From assembly GCF_006345805.1 (NCBI RefSeq), contig NC_042998.1, positions 63,922,001 to 63,986,000 on the forward strand: a DNA stretch of 64,000 nt. The letters are read 5' to 3'. Source of the stretch: Octopus sinensis. Taxonomy: Eukaryota. Every line of letters begins with the position of its first letter. Position 1 is the first letter of the stretch. Below the pieces are notes generated by a model. The model saw only the letters and a program-made list of their open reading frames with translations, was not told the origin of the DNA and searched no databases. Positions 47,121-59,550 of the stretch are shown one piece after another. The translations under genes and the position numbers were made by a program.

Positions 47121-47360
47121 CAGTGGTTTCCAAACTTTTCGGGCTGCCGTCCCACTGCCACCCAGCCCGCATACTTAGGGCCCCACCCCAGCTAACCATC
47201 ACAAACATAGATCTTTTTCTGAAGCAAATTCTAAGCAACTGTATTTCACAAATAAACTTTAACGTAATGGACCCACTTTTCCTCAACGCCGCCGTGGAAC
47301 TTTGTCCGGCCCCATCTGGGGGTGGGGTGGGGGCATTACCGCCCTCTTTGGGAAGCACTG
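47121..47360. mobile_element. hAT (Charlie-like) MITE, 240 bp
   Basis: TIRs CAGTGGTTTCCAAA / TTTGGGAAGCACTG; perfect 8-bp TSD ATTTAAAA at 47113-47120 and 47361-47368. Confidence 0.92.
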
Positions 47361-48324
47361 ATTTAAAAGATATTGAAACTATGTAAACTATATTTTCTTT
47401 CTTTTATTGTATGTATATTTTTCTTGTATTATAACTCAACTTTTCTTACTATATATAAATATGAATGTGTGTATTTCTATAATATATACATACATATATC
47501 CAGACATACACACCCCTTATGTATATACAAATAGAGAGAGCGAGTGAGAGAGAGTGTGTGAGAGAGAGAGTGGTGTGTACATACCTTGATGCACACGCAT
47601 ATATACATATATATATGTGCGTTTATGCTAATACAATACGTTGTATTAATAATTATTTTACATGGACTGACATCATTATCATCATCATCATATATACGTT
47701 AAGTTTAAAATTTAAAAATAATATATCCATGAAGCAGTTTTAGAATCAATATTGAATAGTTTAATAATTTCTGTAGATATTACAGAGAACAGAGACATAC
47801 GTCTGACAAATACTAAAATAATCTCTGATATGAGATATTTCCTATAAACAATGAATAATTAAATATCTGCGACAATTTGTTAATAAGATTACGTTCGGCT
47901 CGTTCGAATACAGACTAAATTTATGTAGACACTGTCTGACTAAATCAAATTGTTGTCTTCGAATAGGAACTAATATTAACTTTAGAAATAAGCTTTCTAA
48001 ATTTCATCTATTCTTAGATTACGTACGGTGAAATAAAAATATTGCATAATACTGTAGTCGGTAAGCTAACAACCAAAAATGAGTGTGGATTTAAATGCTT
48101 TAAAGATACGATCTACAAATTTGATTAATTGTTTAGAATATACGACAAAGATATTTTTAAAAATGTATTAAGCCGAATATACATAATTTGTTTCTGTTCC
48201 ATAGAGAAACATATCGATTAACGGTTGAAGTTAATTACCAAATGAATTTACCTGCTCACATTTAGATTCAGGTGATACAAATGTATCGTAATAAGGAAAA
48301 TGACAATTATTTACATATCTTATT

Positions 48325-48550
48325 TCTTTACTATCCACAAGGGGCTAAACACAGAGGGGACAAACAAGGACAGACAAACGGATTAAGTCAATTATATCGA
48401 CCCCAGTGCGTAACTGATACTTATTTAATCGATCCCGAAAGGATGACAGGCAAAGTCGACCTCGGCGGAATTTGAACTCAGAACGTAACAGGAGACGAAA
48501 TAATGCTAAGCATTTCACCCGGCGTACTAACATTTCTGCCCGCTCGCCTT
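48325..48550 (-). mobile_element. SINE type B, tail 1
   Basis: Reverse-complement core. Confidence 0.9.
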
Positions 48551-48681
48551 CTTATTAATCAACCTGACGATTGTTATTTTAAATACATGTGCAAAAATAT
48601 AGAATTGATAAATTATAGTGTATTGCTCTGCACCAATTTGAAATTACCACATTCAGTATAAAATCGTTATCATTAAGTATA

Positions 48682-49765
48682 AGGCGGTGAGCTGGCAGAA
48701 TCGTTAGCAACGCTTATTGGTATTTCGCCCGTAACTACGTTTAGAATTCTTATCCCATCCGAGATCGACTTTGCTTTTCATCCTTTCGGGGTCGATAAAT
48801 TAAATACCAGTGAAACACTGGGGTCAATGTAATCGATTTAATCCCCCTCCCGCAAGCATCCCATGTGGCAAAAATTTGAAATCATTATTATCACTAAGTA
48901 TAAGGCGGCGAGCTGGTAGAAACGTTAGCACGTCGGGCGAAATGCTTAGCAGTATTTCGTCTGCCGCTACGTTCTGAGTTCAAATTCCGCCTAGGTCGAC
49001 TTTGCCTTTCATCCTTTCGGGGTCGATTATATAAGTACCAGTTACGCACTGGGGTCGATATAATCGACTTAATCAGTTTGTCTGTCCTTGTTTGTCCTCT
49101 CTGTGTTTAGCCTCTTGTGGGTAGTAAAGAAATATGTATTTCGTTTGCGTTACCTTCTGAGTTCAAATTCCGCCGAGGTCGACTTCACCATTCGTCCTTT
49201 CGAAGTCGATGAAATAAATACCAGTTACGCACTGGGGGCGGTATAATCGTCTATCCTCTACCCCCGAAATTTTCAAGGCCTTTAGCCTTGAGTAGAAATA
49301 ATGTAAATTATTATTATCATGACGGTGAGCTAGCAGAATCATTAGCGCGCTCGACGAAATGTTTAGCGGTATTTCGGCCATCATTATGTTTTGAGTTCAA
49401 ATTCCGCCGAGGTCCACTTTGCCGTGGTCAATGAATCAGTTACCAATAAAATACTGGGTTGGATATAATCGACTAGTCCCCTTCCCCAAAATTTCCGGCT
49501 TTGTGCCTTTTGTAGAAAAGATTATCATTATTATAATCAAGTATAAGTTGGTGAGCTAGCAGAATCGTCAACACGCCCGGCAAAATGCTTAGCGGCATTT
49601 CGTCTGTCTGCTGGTTCTGATTTCAAATTCCGCCGAGGTTGACTTTGTCTTTTATCCTTTCGCGGTCAAGAAATTAAGTACCAGGAAAACAATGTGGTCG
49701 ATGTTATCGACTATACCCTTCCCCACAATTTTAAGCCATGTGCTTGTAGTTGAAAGGATTATTAT
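48682..49765 (+). mobile_element. Cluster of five SINE type B units
   Basis: Units begin ~48682, 48903, 49134, 49320 and 49545; junction gaaata-tg-tatttc at 49129-49142. Confidence 0.92.
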
Positions 49766-49798
49766 CGTTAAATATATTATTATCGACTCTAACAGTAG

Positions 49799-50127
49799 TT
49801 TTATTTATTTATTTATGCACCCTTTTCAAGCCTCGCCAGGCTTATGGGCCCGGTTTCTCCGGTTTCTATGGCGTATGTGTTCCCCCCACCCCCAGCTTGA
49901 CGGGAGGCCTGTCCATCGCAGCGTTACTCAAGAAACAGGAAGAAAGAGTGAGAGAAAGTTGTGGAGGAAGAGTACAAAGGCGTCGCCACCTCCCCCTACC
50001 GGAGACTCATGGAGCTTTTCCGTGTTTTCGCTCAATAAACACGCACAACGCCAGGTATGGGAATCGAAACCGCGATCCTCCGACCGCGAGTCCGTTGCCC
50101 TAACTACTGGGACAATTTTGCTCCACC
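49799..50127 (-). mobile_element. SINE type C head with alternative tail 2
   Basis: Same head and centre as 29830, but tail is cttgagtaacgctgcgatggac...tacgccatagaaaccggagaaaccgggccc...(taaa)n. Confidence 0.85.
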
Positions 50128-50543
50128 TAATAGTAGTTTTAACTCTAGTACTTCCGATTCGAATCTCTCTCTCTGGAAAATGATCTACTACTTATATTAG
50201 CAAAAGAATATTACAACTATATTTACACACAATGACAATAGCATGAAATATATTTGGTTAACTAACTACAGGATGAAGTGCAAAGTGAAAGAACATGGTT
50301 TGCTGTATATATGTAAAACGAGAAAACGAAATAATTCCTGATGCTAAAAAGAAAACTAAATTTGTTTTTTTGCAAATTTTCACCTACATGAAATTATTTC
50401 GCAAAAACCGATATATTAAATATGGTAGGGCAACACATAACGAAAAGCTTAGGGAAAGTATGTAACACACGTCCGTTCCTGCGCACATACATGTATATAA
50501 AGAAGAGAGACGGAACATAGAATTAACTAGATTCCTTATTCAG

Positions 50544-50650
50544 AAACGCTACAAATGTTTCGACGCATTATGCACCCGTACCTCACCGGTGAGATGCTGT
50601 ACAATCCATTGATATGCATTATAAGTCCCTCTGCACCTCGTCAGGCGACT
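50544..50650 (-). ncRNA. Hammerhead ribozyme motif (type I, minimal stem III) with intact catalytic core
   Basis: Minus: agtcgc CTGACGA GGTGCA [~65 nt] TGCGTC GAAAC attt GTA gcgttt. Confidence 0.65.
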
Positions 50651-51289
50651 TTTTGAAAAAAAATACTTCGTTTTTCACTTGCTATTTCTCGCATTTTTAT
50701 TACAATACATTTTGGCTATAATGAACAGAGAGAGAATCTTAAAGAGTTGCGATAGAATTTTAATTCATTATGGAGACAGATAGTATACATGCCCAACTAA
50801 ATGGATTTTATATAAACTCTACGGATGCAAAATAATTCCTGAAGAAATTCAAGTGGCAAGTGTCATCAGGTAGCTGAATAATGTGGACGGGCTTTAAACA
50901 ACAAGCTGTCTATCCGAATATATAATCATTACCAGACACACACACACAAACACACGCGGCGCGCGCGCGCACACCCACCCACCCACACGCACACATATAT
51001 ATACGTACTTATAACTTTTCCATACGTCACCTAGACGTCGATGATTATTGACGGGAAGACGTTGAAAGTTTCGCTTCCTATAAATTTTCCTGTATAAATA
51101 TACACAGGAAAGCAGACATATACACCATGTATGTATGTGTGTATGGATGTATGCATGCATATTTGTTATATTTGTTGAGGTTTCAAAAAAAATCTGTCTG
51201 CTTTTATACAAGATAAATACATAAATATAGTTTATATCTCCAAAATTTTAATTGCTCAAATGTAAAACAATATTAAACATGATAGATGC

Positions 51290-51720
51290 AGTACCAGGCA
51301 GTGGCTCTCTTGGCTTCTGATCTTAGCTGATAGGGAGCGATAATATGTACATCTTTTGCTTGGTATAAAATATGGGCTTTTACACGCTGAGCAAGTCGCT
51401 TAGTGGGTGAGGATATGTACATCTCTGATCCCGAGCAGGAGTTGTGTGGAAGCATCATAGCCCTGTGTCGAGAGGATTTTATGGAGGTTTGAATAATTCC
51501 CCTCTGGAAACATGGGTGTTTCGCTTATTAAACAACACTTATTTAGGGATACTCGACCGGAAGAAAATTCTAATTGGACCCCACCTGCAGGGTCATGTGC
51601 TGTTATCTTGATGTAAAGTCACAATGTCCTGCATGTATGGTTGTGATGCATGTGCCTGGTGTACCCTTATCAGAAAGGCAGTCATGGTTGGTATATTGGG
51701 CTTCGGGTACACCAATTTCA
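51290..51720. repeat. Interspersed repeat, possibly RTE-derived
   Basis: Starts gcagtaccaggcagtggctctc..ggcttctgatctta; recognised from recall only, single copy in the window. Confidence 0.35.
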
Positions 51721-52079
51721 AATTAATGATATGCTTTGCTCTCTCACTAAACGACAACAACAACAAAAAAAAAACAACAACAACTCTATCCAAGCAGATT
51801 CACACGATTGTATGTAACATGGTTGGATTACAAAAAAAAATGTAACATTGTATCGCACAGTTAAATATGTAACATAATGAGTGCGCTTGGAATAACAGAA
51901 AATATTATGAAAACGGTTAATGAAAGTATGAAACAGAAATACTGAATTGATTGGAATAAAACAAATGTTTGGGAATGTATACATCAGAGATGGGATGTAT
52001 ATATTGGACAAGGTGATAACTTATTTCCATTATTATTTGTATTGATCATGATACCGCTCAGATTGATATTACGGGTCAA

Positions 52080-52950
52080 AAGAGCTTATTATTTGGGAAA
52101 ATTTTATTGTCAGCTACATCATGTCTTTTATATGGATGATATAACGCTTTATGCGTAAAATGAGAAGCAGCTAGTAAATCTTGAATATACTGTTTCATTT
52201 TCGCATATAGTTTAAGTATGGAAATCGGGACTGAAAAGTGTGCTGTGTTGATATTGATACAAGGAATATTTGAAAGAAACCAGGAATTGAAATGCCAAAT
52301 GGACAAACAATGAAAGCAGTTGAGAAAGAACAGTGCTATAAGTATTTTTGGAATAATGAGGCCAGATGAAATAAAACAGGAACAGAGGAAACAAATTACA
52401 ATTAGGGAATATAAAAGGAGAGTACGAAAAATATAGTCAAGATTGAGTGTTAAAAATGTTATTGAAGCAATTACTTGCTGAAAGGAAAACTTGAACTAGG
52501 AACTTGGAAAGCTGACTATGCATGGAGCCCACCATCCAAAAGCCTATATTAACTGGTTGTACTTGAACAGATATCTGAGTGGAAGAGGCTTAAATTTCGT
52601 GGCGGTTTACGAGGGTTTGGCAGCACTGCTCAGAGATATCACTAAAGGTAGTCAATAAAAAACAGGTAGTGAAGTGTGGAATAGAAAAGGACAAGAATGA
52701 AACTCTTAGAGAACATGTTAAACCGATTGGTGAGAGAATTTGCATAGTTAGTTTTGGAAATGAGGAACAATATCAGGGGCTTGATTGAAAAAGGACAATT
52801 TAAAAAGGAAAGAACTTTCTTATAGCAGCTCAAGATCAAGTGTTACAAGCGAACAACTTGAGAAATATGAGCGTGGGGATAATATGTCAATATGTAGAAT
52901 TTGGGATTAAACAATGCATACATTGTTGCAGAATGCTCCGGGTTGGGATT
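52080..52950 (+). mobile_element. Fossil R4/Dong-type non-LTR retrotransposon (end of RT to zinc-knuckle region)
   Basis: Broken frames: HVFYMDDITLYA (YMDD at 52129-52140), EKCAVL, GIEMPNGQTMK, YKYF, EYKRRVRKI, HGAHHPKA..LY..R..GRGL, FLIAAQDQV. Confidence 0.8.
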
Positions 52951-53574
52951 AATGGGAAAGTAAGAAATGTGGAAGCTAGTAAAACGAGATATTGTCTACA
53001 TGTCCTAAAGTTGGAAGATACTCCATGAACATTACATCCTCATATACAGAATATCTTCATCTAGTTTCATTGTTACAGTAAATACCCGTCTGTTTATAAT
53101 TAAACAATTACGTATATTCGAATCACAAAAAATATCTAATTTTATGATTGAGCAAATACATAATAGAGTAATATAAACACTCGTTTGTTATTTATTTTAA
53201 TTATGATTTAAGATATAATAGAGATTAATTTTATAAATTTTTTTTTCTTTCAATTAAAGAATCTGCAAATACACATTATTTTAGTTATTTCCGTGGATTA
53301 TTGTTAATCAATATTGCATCACTATTCACAGTGTTATACATGATATCGTGTAGCTGAAAGTGCGAAGGATAAATTTCTTTGTGGATAATGCCTGTAATAC
53401 ATTTCCCTAAAAAAACTACAATATAAATACTGTTTACTGCAAACAAAAGAGAAAATATCTATTTTAACGTAACAAACATTTGGTGCCTGCATATTATGAA
53501 TAATTTTGTGCATATGAGATTGAATTTAGGTCAACGTTATAGTGTAAAATTTTCCCATTGTATGAGTGCCGTAT

Positions 53575-53900
53575 GTCGATTACATCGATCCCAGTGCTCG
53601 AATGGTTTTTATTTTAATTATCCCGAAAGAATGAAAGGCAAAGTCGACCTCGGCGGAACTTGAACTCAGAACGTAAAGACGGACGAAATGCCGCTAATGA
53701 TTTTTTTTATTGCCCACAAGGCGCCAAACATAGAGGGGACAAAGAAGGGCAGACAAAGGGATTAAGTCGATTACATCTACCCCAGTGCATAACTGGTACT
53801 TAATTCATCGACCTCGAAAGGATGAAAGCCAAAGTCGACGTAACGGCAGACGAAATACCGCTAAGCATTTCGCCTGACGTGCTAAGGATTCTGCCAGCTC
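53575..53900 (-). mobile_element. Two SINE type B units
   Basis: Reverse-complement cores, one with an internal deletion. Confidence 0.85.
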
Positions 53901-54079
53901 GCAGTGGTAATGATTCTGCCAGATCACAGGTAGGGAATAGGCACAAACACGAAGACACGCACATATATACACACGCTCCCCCATTTATATACATTAACAC
54001 ACACGCATCCCTTATATATGTGCATGTATGTGTGTGTGCATGTGTGTGTGTATTCACACACATGCACAGACACACACAT

Positions 54080-54195
54080 ACTTTTTTCTTTTGTTTCCAC
54101 CCAGTTCACTCACAAAAGTGTGGTTGGCCTTCGGTTATAGTAGACGATGCTTGCCGAAGCTTCCTTGGCCAGGCATGTTCTATAACACGCCTGCT
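54080..54195 (-). mobile_element. SINE type A, diverged 5' fragment
   Basis: ttcactcacaaaagtgtggttggcc..ggttatagtagacgatgcttgcc. Confidence 0.55.
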
Positions 54196-54841
54196 ATATC
54201 GGTCTTTGCAGTAATACTGTAATTAGTGGCAACACTGAGTTTTTCTAAACATGTCCTGTTAAATACAAAATTAGCCCATTTCATTCATACTTCCCACAAC
54301 AGAGTCATGCTTTGCAGGGCGACAAACTTCCATTTTACATTTCTTTGTACAGTTCTAGGAACGAATTATTGTATGATTCCTAACAATACTGGTATTTCAG
54401 TTTTAGCATCCTGCTGGCCATATTAGGATATCCGTCTTACATTATAAATCAAGTTAATGCAACTAGTTGTAGTATAGTTCCATTTTATTATATACAATGC
54501 TTCTATGGCTGTACATTTAAAAGGCAACGCATATAGAATAGTTAGAGAAAAGACAATCGATGAGTCGAGAATTACATAGAATAATTTGAATGAAATACTG
54601 GACCGGATCATTCCATCAGAACAGCTAATATGTTCAACATTTTATTCATTAAGTTGTCTGTAGGAAAGAGTTTATTGGAACATACTTTTACAATTTTCAA
54701 TATATCGTTTAATTTCAAAAAATATAAAAGTTTACAAAGGACATGACAGATTTATTCTTGTATTTGTAAGCTGCTTTCTACATATCTATACAAGGTCTCT
54801 CTCTCACTCTTTCTCTCTCTGTATATGCATGTGTACGTGAG

Positions 54842-54892
<51 letters not shown>

Positions 54893-54941
54893 TCATATGC
54901 ACTTACGCACACACACACAGAGAAACATACATACATAGACG

Positions 54942-54972
<31 letters not shown>

Positions 54973-57524
54973 GTGTGTGTGTGTATGTATGTACATATAT
55001 AGCTTCACATCCGTTTATTTGTGCATGAACATGAAAGCGTAACACAAATAAATGCTACTCCTATAACTGGATTATAGAATCCTTCATTCAGATTCGATTT
55101 AATCAGTGACGAAACGGGAAATGTTTTGAGCCATGTTGTCTTGTTTGAAACCGGAATATATCAGAGAGAATGTAATAAAATGATTTACAGCGAGAAAAGC
55201 ATCAGCATAGTTCAAACAAACCCTGGTCTCCTACGTAGATAGAATAGAATATTATACGATTATGGGAGCCACAGCCCATATAACTAAGCTTCAGAAGTGT
55301 AATAAAGCAATTGTAAGAAGTAAAATGAAAATGTATTTGTAGGAGGGAAAATGTAGCAACATAACGTCATACAATTGTAAGCGACCATAATTCTCTCTGC
55401 TTCCTTTTAATAGCGCTGTAATGCCATACGAATGGAGAATTAGCTCATTTGTTTAATGATGCTAGGTCATCTAACTTCCTCTTTCTCTCACTCCCTTTAT
55501 ACATTCCTTTACAATCTTATGAAAGCCATCAATTACCGATCTATGTTTTATTGCATACTGAACAGTTCATATATATTCATCATGTTCTATGACAAAGAAG
55601 AGCTCTGTTACACTATGTTAACAGAAACATTTCCTATTCTTATTCATTTTATTGAATGTTTTCGCAAATTGCTAAAACGAGGACGCGCAATAGCATATTT
55701 ACTGTACAATAAAATATACGATTCAGAGAAATATACGATAACAAAAAATAAGAGATTGAGATTTTGATTCAGACCTAAAGAGATGGAGATAGTGAAGAAA
55801 AAGAGAAAAACAGAACAAAAAAAAAAAAGAAAAAAGAAGGGAAACGACATATAAACAATGTCATTGAGATTTTTACATAATCGCTATTTCACGTACACAT
55901 TCACGCCAATATTTAGAGACTATTTCGTGTGTTTGTGAGAAAATTGTGCACTTTTAAACTCATATACTACGGCAGTTTCAATTCCCTTTAGATTCACTGG
56001 AAAATCCACTTCTTCGTTGCGCTCGCATTAAAGTCTTGGTTTTATTCTGTTCTATCGTGAAGTAAAAGAAACAGTGGGTTTTATTGATACATAGAATTAT
56101 ACTAAGAGAAATATTTCAAGGAAACCATCGCCAAACATTGCCAGTGCATTCACGAGATCGAATAAGTTAATATCCCCTGCATTGAAGCCAGGGTTAGTAG
56201 GTTGAATATGTCATGAGTATAGGAGACTTCTCGTTCCTGTTACACTAATTGAATTCTAGGTTAACTGAGGATATGTTTGTTGTGATATTTACTTAAAGAA
56301 AATTCGAAAAAAATGTGGTATCGGGGCGTATGCGTTACCAATCTTTGCAAATACTAGACAGTAATGCATACACATTATCTAGGATTAAGCACAACAGTTA
56401 ACACATTGAGTATCCCAGTAATATGTGTGAGCGGAGAAACCAACATGACTGATCAGCAAACCAGTAATTGTCAGTGAGGGGGAAAATGTCTGCTGCGTCT
56501 TGAATTGTTCGGGGCAAATTGCTTTACACAACTGTAAACATATGGAGAAATTCATCTGGTGTTCGATTTCATTAACTTTATCAGGCATAAGTTCATAATA
56601 TTCAGATGAAGCCTTTTAAAAGCATTTGATACAATTATATTATTGCTTATGATTTACAGAAATATTTATACTTATCTCAAAGGTACATGCACATGTAACT
56701 GAATATCTAAAATTCAGATAAATCCATAGTTGGGTGTTATATCGTCAATCAAATTTGAGCTCAGAATATATATCTACTTCTAAATCAATAAATATTCATT
56801 TTGTGGAGCTGCAAAATGTGGTTTTGTTTACTAGACTCAGTTCAATCTAAATCAGGAAAACTCATGTTAAGTTAGATAACTTTCAATGCATTGGTTGTTA
56901 TTGCGACTAATGTTAACTTCTAAGTCAGGTGTAGTCGAGTAAAAGAATCTTTCTATTCATTCTAACCTCGACAATATTTCCCATTTACGATCTTTATTTA
57001 AATCCAGATTATTCCATGTGCTATTCTGTTTTCAAAGAACGTTCTCTGAAAAATGAGAGAAAATTGTTTGTATATTTTTAATTAGAATAGATTTCATTTT
57101 GTATTTTAAGGTTTAAATATTTACTTCGGCGAATCTCCAGTCTGTGTTTTGTATGTTTACATACATAGCTGGATATATACATCTCATTCTCTTTTCATAT
57201 TTCTTCTTCTGCGTGCATAAATAACAAATATCTACTATTATATGCACGTGAAAAATCCCTATTTCCTTGCACACACATAGATGAGGGAATATAAACAAAT
57301 ACACATACACGTAAGCAGATACACAATACATACATACCCGCAGGCATACGCGCTACTCCCACATGGATATGATCTTAGAAATACCAACAGGAACTGAAGA
57401 TTTCCTCTTACACTTCCGGTTAATTGAGCACTTCTGGCTAACCCACGCGAGTTTTATTCCTGGCTCTCATTTCTACTCTCTTATCACACTGCCTATCATT
57501 CTTGTCTCTCAATGGACTTTCGTC

Positions 57525-57562
57525 TAGTTTCTGATGAAGGACTGTGTACAAAACGTATTACT
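57525..57562 (+). ncRNA. Degenerate minimal hammerhead motif
   Basis: tagttt CTGATGA a GGAC tgt GTAC AAAAC GTA ttact; G12 is A. Confidence 0.4.
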
Positions 57563-57636
57563 TTCAAGATGTAGCATTTACTCCATAACTTTTCTCCATC
57601 TTTGAACGAAAACACTAATAATATATACTATTACTT

Positions 57637-58062
57637 ACATTATTTACATTATGTACATTTGACGGATATTTGTCCTCATCTTTTTGTTTTTAACACAACG
57701 TTTCGGCTGATATACCCTCCAGCCTTTATCACGTTCTTGGGGGAAATTTCGAACCTGGCTTCTCATTCCTAAGGTATTTTTCGATGTTCTTATTATTATG
57801 GTGTAGGGGTTCACAGCGCGGGGCTACTAACCCCAAGATTCCGAGTTCGATTCCAGGCATTGACATCAATAGTAATAACAACAACAATAAAAACTTATGA
57901 ATGAGAACCCAGGTTCCAAATTTTCCCAAGTCAACTTTTGAAGGCTGGAGGGTATATTAGCCGAAACGTTGTGTTAACAACAAACAAGATGAGGACAGAT
58001 ATCCCTCAAATGTAATTAACGTAAATAATGTACATAATTCTTCATCTCTTAAATACAGAACT
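57637..58062. mobile_element. SINE type D composite: inverted tail, tRNA-like head, (AAT)n, tail; two hammerhead motifs
   Basis: Minus arm 57637-57798; head 57799-57865 with A-box-like tggtgtagggg and B-box gagttcgattcc; plus arm to 58062; HHR motifs at 57692-57737 (minus) and 57930-57975 (plus). Confidence 0.85.
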
Positions 58063-58624
58063 GTAATATCTACTATGTTGCTTGTTTGTTTATATAATTT
58101 TGTTTTTATATTTTATTTTCTTTATATAAATTCATTGGGCACTGAGTAAAGTCTGTGAAAATCCAAACTAGATCGAATGTATTGCTTCTCCACAAAAGTG
58201 TTTTTTTCTGTATTTAGACAACCAGTCTTGCCGCCATTGTTTGTCCTGTTGTTTAGCTATTAGTTAGCCCTAATTCAGTTGAACTTTGATGAATATTTAC
58301 GTCGCACGTCAGCTATATTGTGTATACAACGGCGATATAAACTATGGCTTTTCTTTTCTTGAGAGAGTAAATTGAATTGTGATATTGCAGCGGACACACT
58401 TGGGATTTCACACAATAATGGCCTCGACTAAAAGAAACTATATAAGAATTTAAATAGAAAAATTCTCATCATTCTCTCAATTCTCTTATCAATTTATAAA
58501 TGGTCTGAAGATCTCAAGTAACAAAAAGCATCATTTAAAATAAAACTAATTTGATTCCAGGACTGTTATGAATCTGATAGTTTCATGAGTGCAAATTTAA
58601 TTGATATAATTACACATGTATGTA

Positions 58625-58658
58625 CACGCAGCTATACATACATACATATATACATTCA

Positions 58659-58747
<89 letters not shown>

Positions 58748-58881
58748 CATATATATATATACATACATACATATATATATGTAGATAGATAGATAAATAC
58801 ATATATATATGTGTGTATATAAATATGTGTGTAAATGTATTTATATATATACATACATGCACAGATACACATACATATATG

Positions 58882-58948
<67 letters not shown>

Positions 58949-58962
58949 ATATATATATATAT
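58625..58962. repeat. (TA)n/(CATA)n array
   Basis: Direct reading. Confidence 0.95.
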
Positions 58963-59550
58963 TACGAGTTGATAAAATATAGATCACTATAATTAATGTA
59001 TGTTGTCTGAAATGTATCGTAATCTCGACGGATTTCCTGCCCCGAAAATTCTCTTCAAAATAATGATACAGAGTTTTCAAATGAACGTAGCGAATTAATT
59101 GCAGAACAATTGCAGCAACAAAGCGTTTTATAACTCAATGGATTTTCTAGAAAAAGATACTGTTAATGGTGATATTAAGTACAAATTGAAGACAACTGTA
59201 TTTGGAAATTCTAATGGATTAATATAGAAAATATCGTAAGATATTCATCGTTATGTTTTAGCATACTGGAGCAAAAGGCGTGTTTAATAATAGTTTCTGC
59301 AAATCTACAATGAAACAATTTTCTATTTACAAGATTATTGATATTTAAGAGGGTATATTAGGATTATATTTCAAGATTATAGAGAATATGATGTTTAAAT
59401 GTAGCAAGGGAAACGTAAGAATTAAATAAAGTTATGATTATAGTTACGAAAACAAAGCTGGAGAATAATTAATTAAAAGGAAGTTTAAAACAAAATTTAA
59501 CCACATCAGGTTGAACCACTGAGGAAACAGTTGGAAACAAACCACTTTAC

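Noticed and set aside
54423-54660. Minus exon candidate after the strong acceptor ctctttcctacag
   Set aside because: All three frames hit a stop within 16 codons of the acceptor
55456-55767. 103-aa + strand ORF
   Set aside because: No motifs or donor site; an ORF of this length is not exceptional across six frames of 64 kb
56385-56588. Minus ORF or exon (LCKAICPEQF... or NLPRTIQDAADIFPLTDNYWF...)
   Set aside because: Good acceptor but no credible donor before the stop in either frame; no recognisable family
57799-57865. tRNA gene (also the heads of SINE A, B, C and E)
   Set aside because: A/B boxes are present but no paired acceptor stem; always fused to SINE bodies
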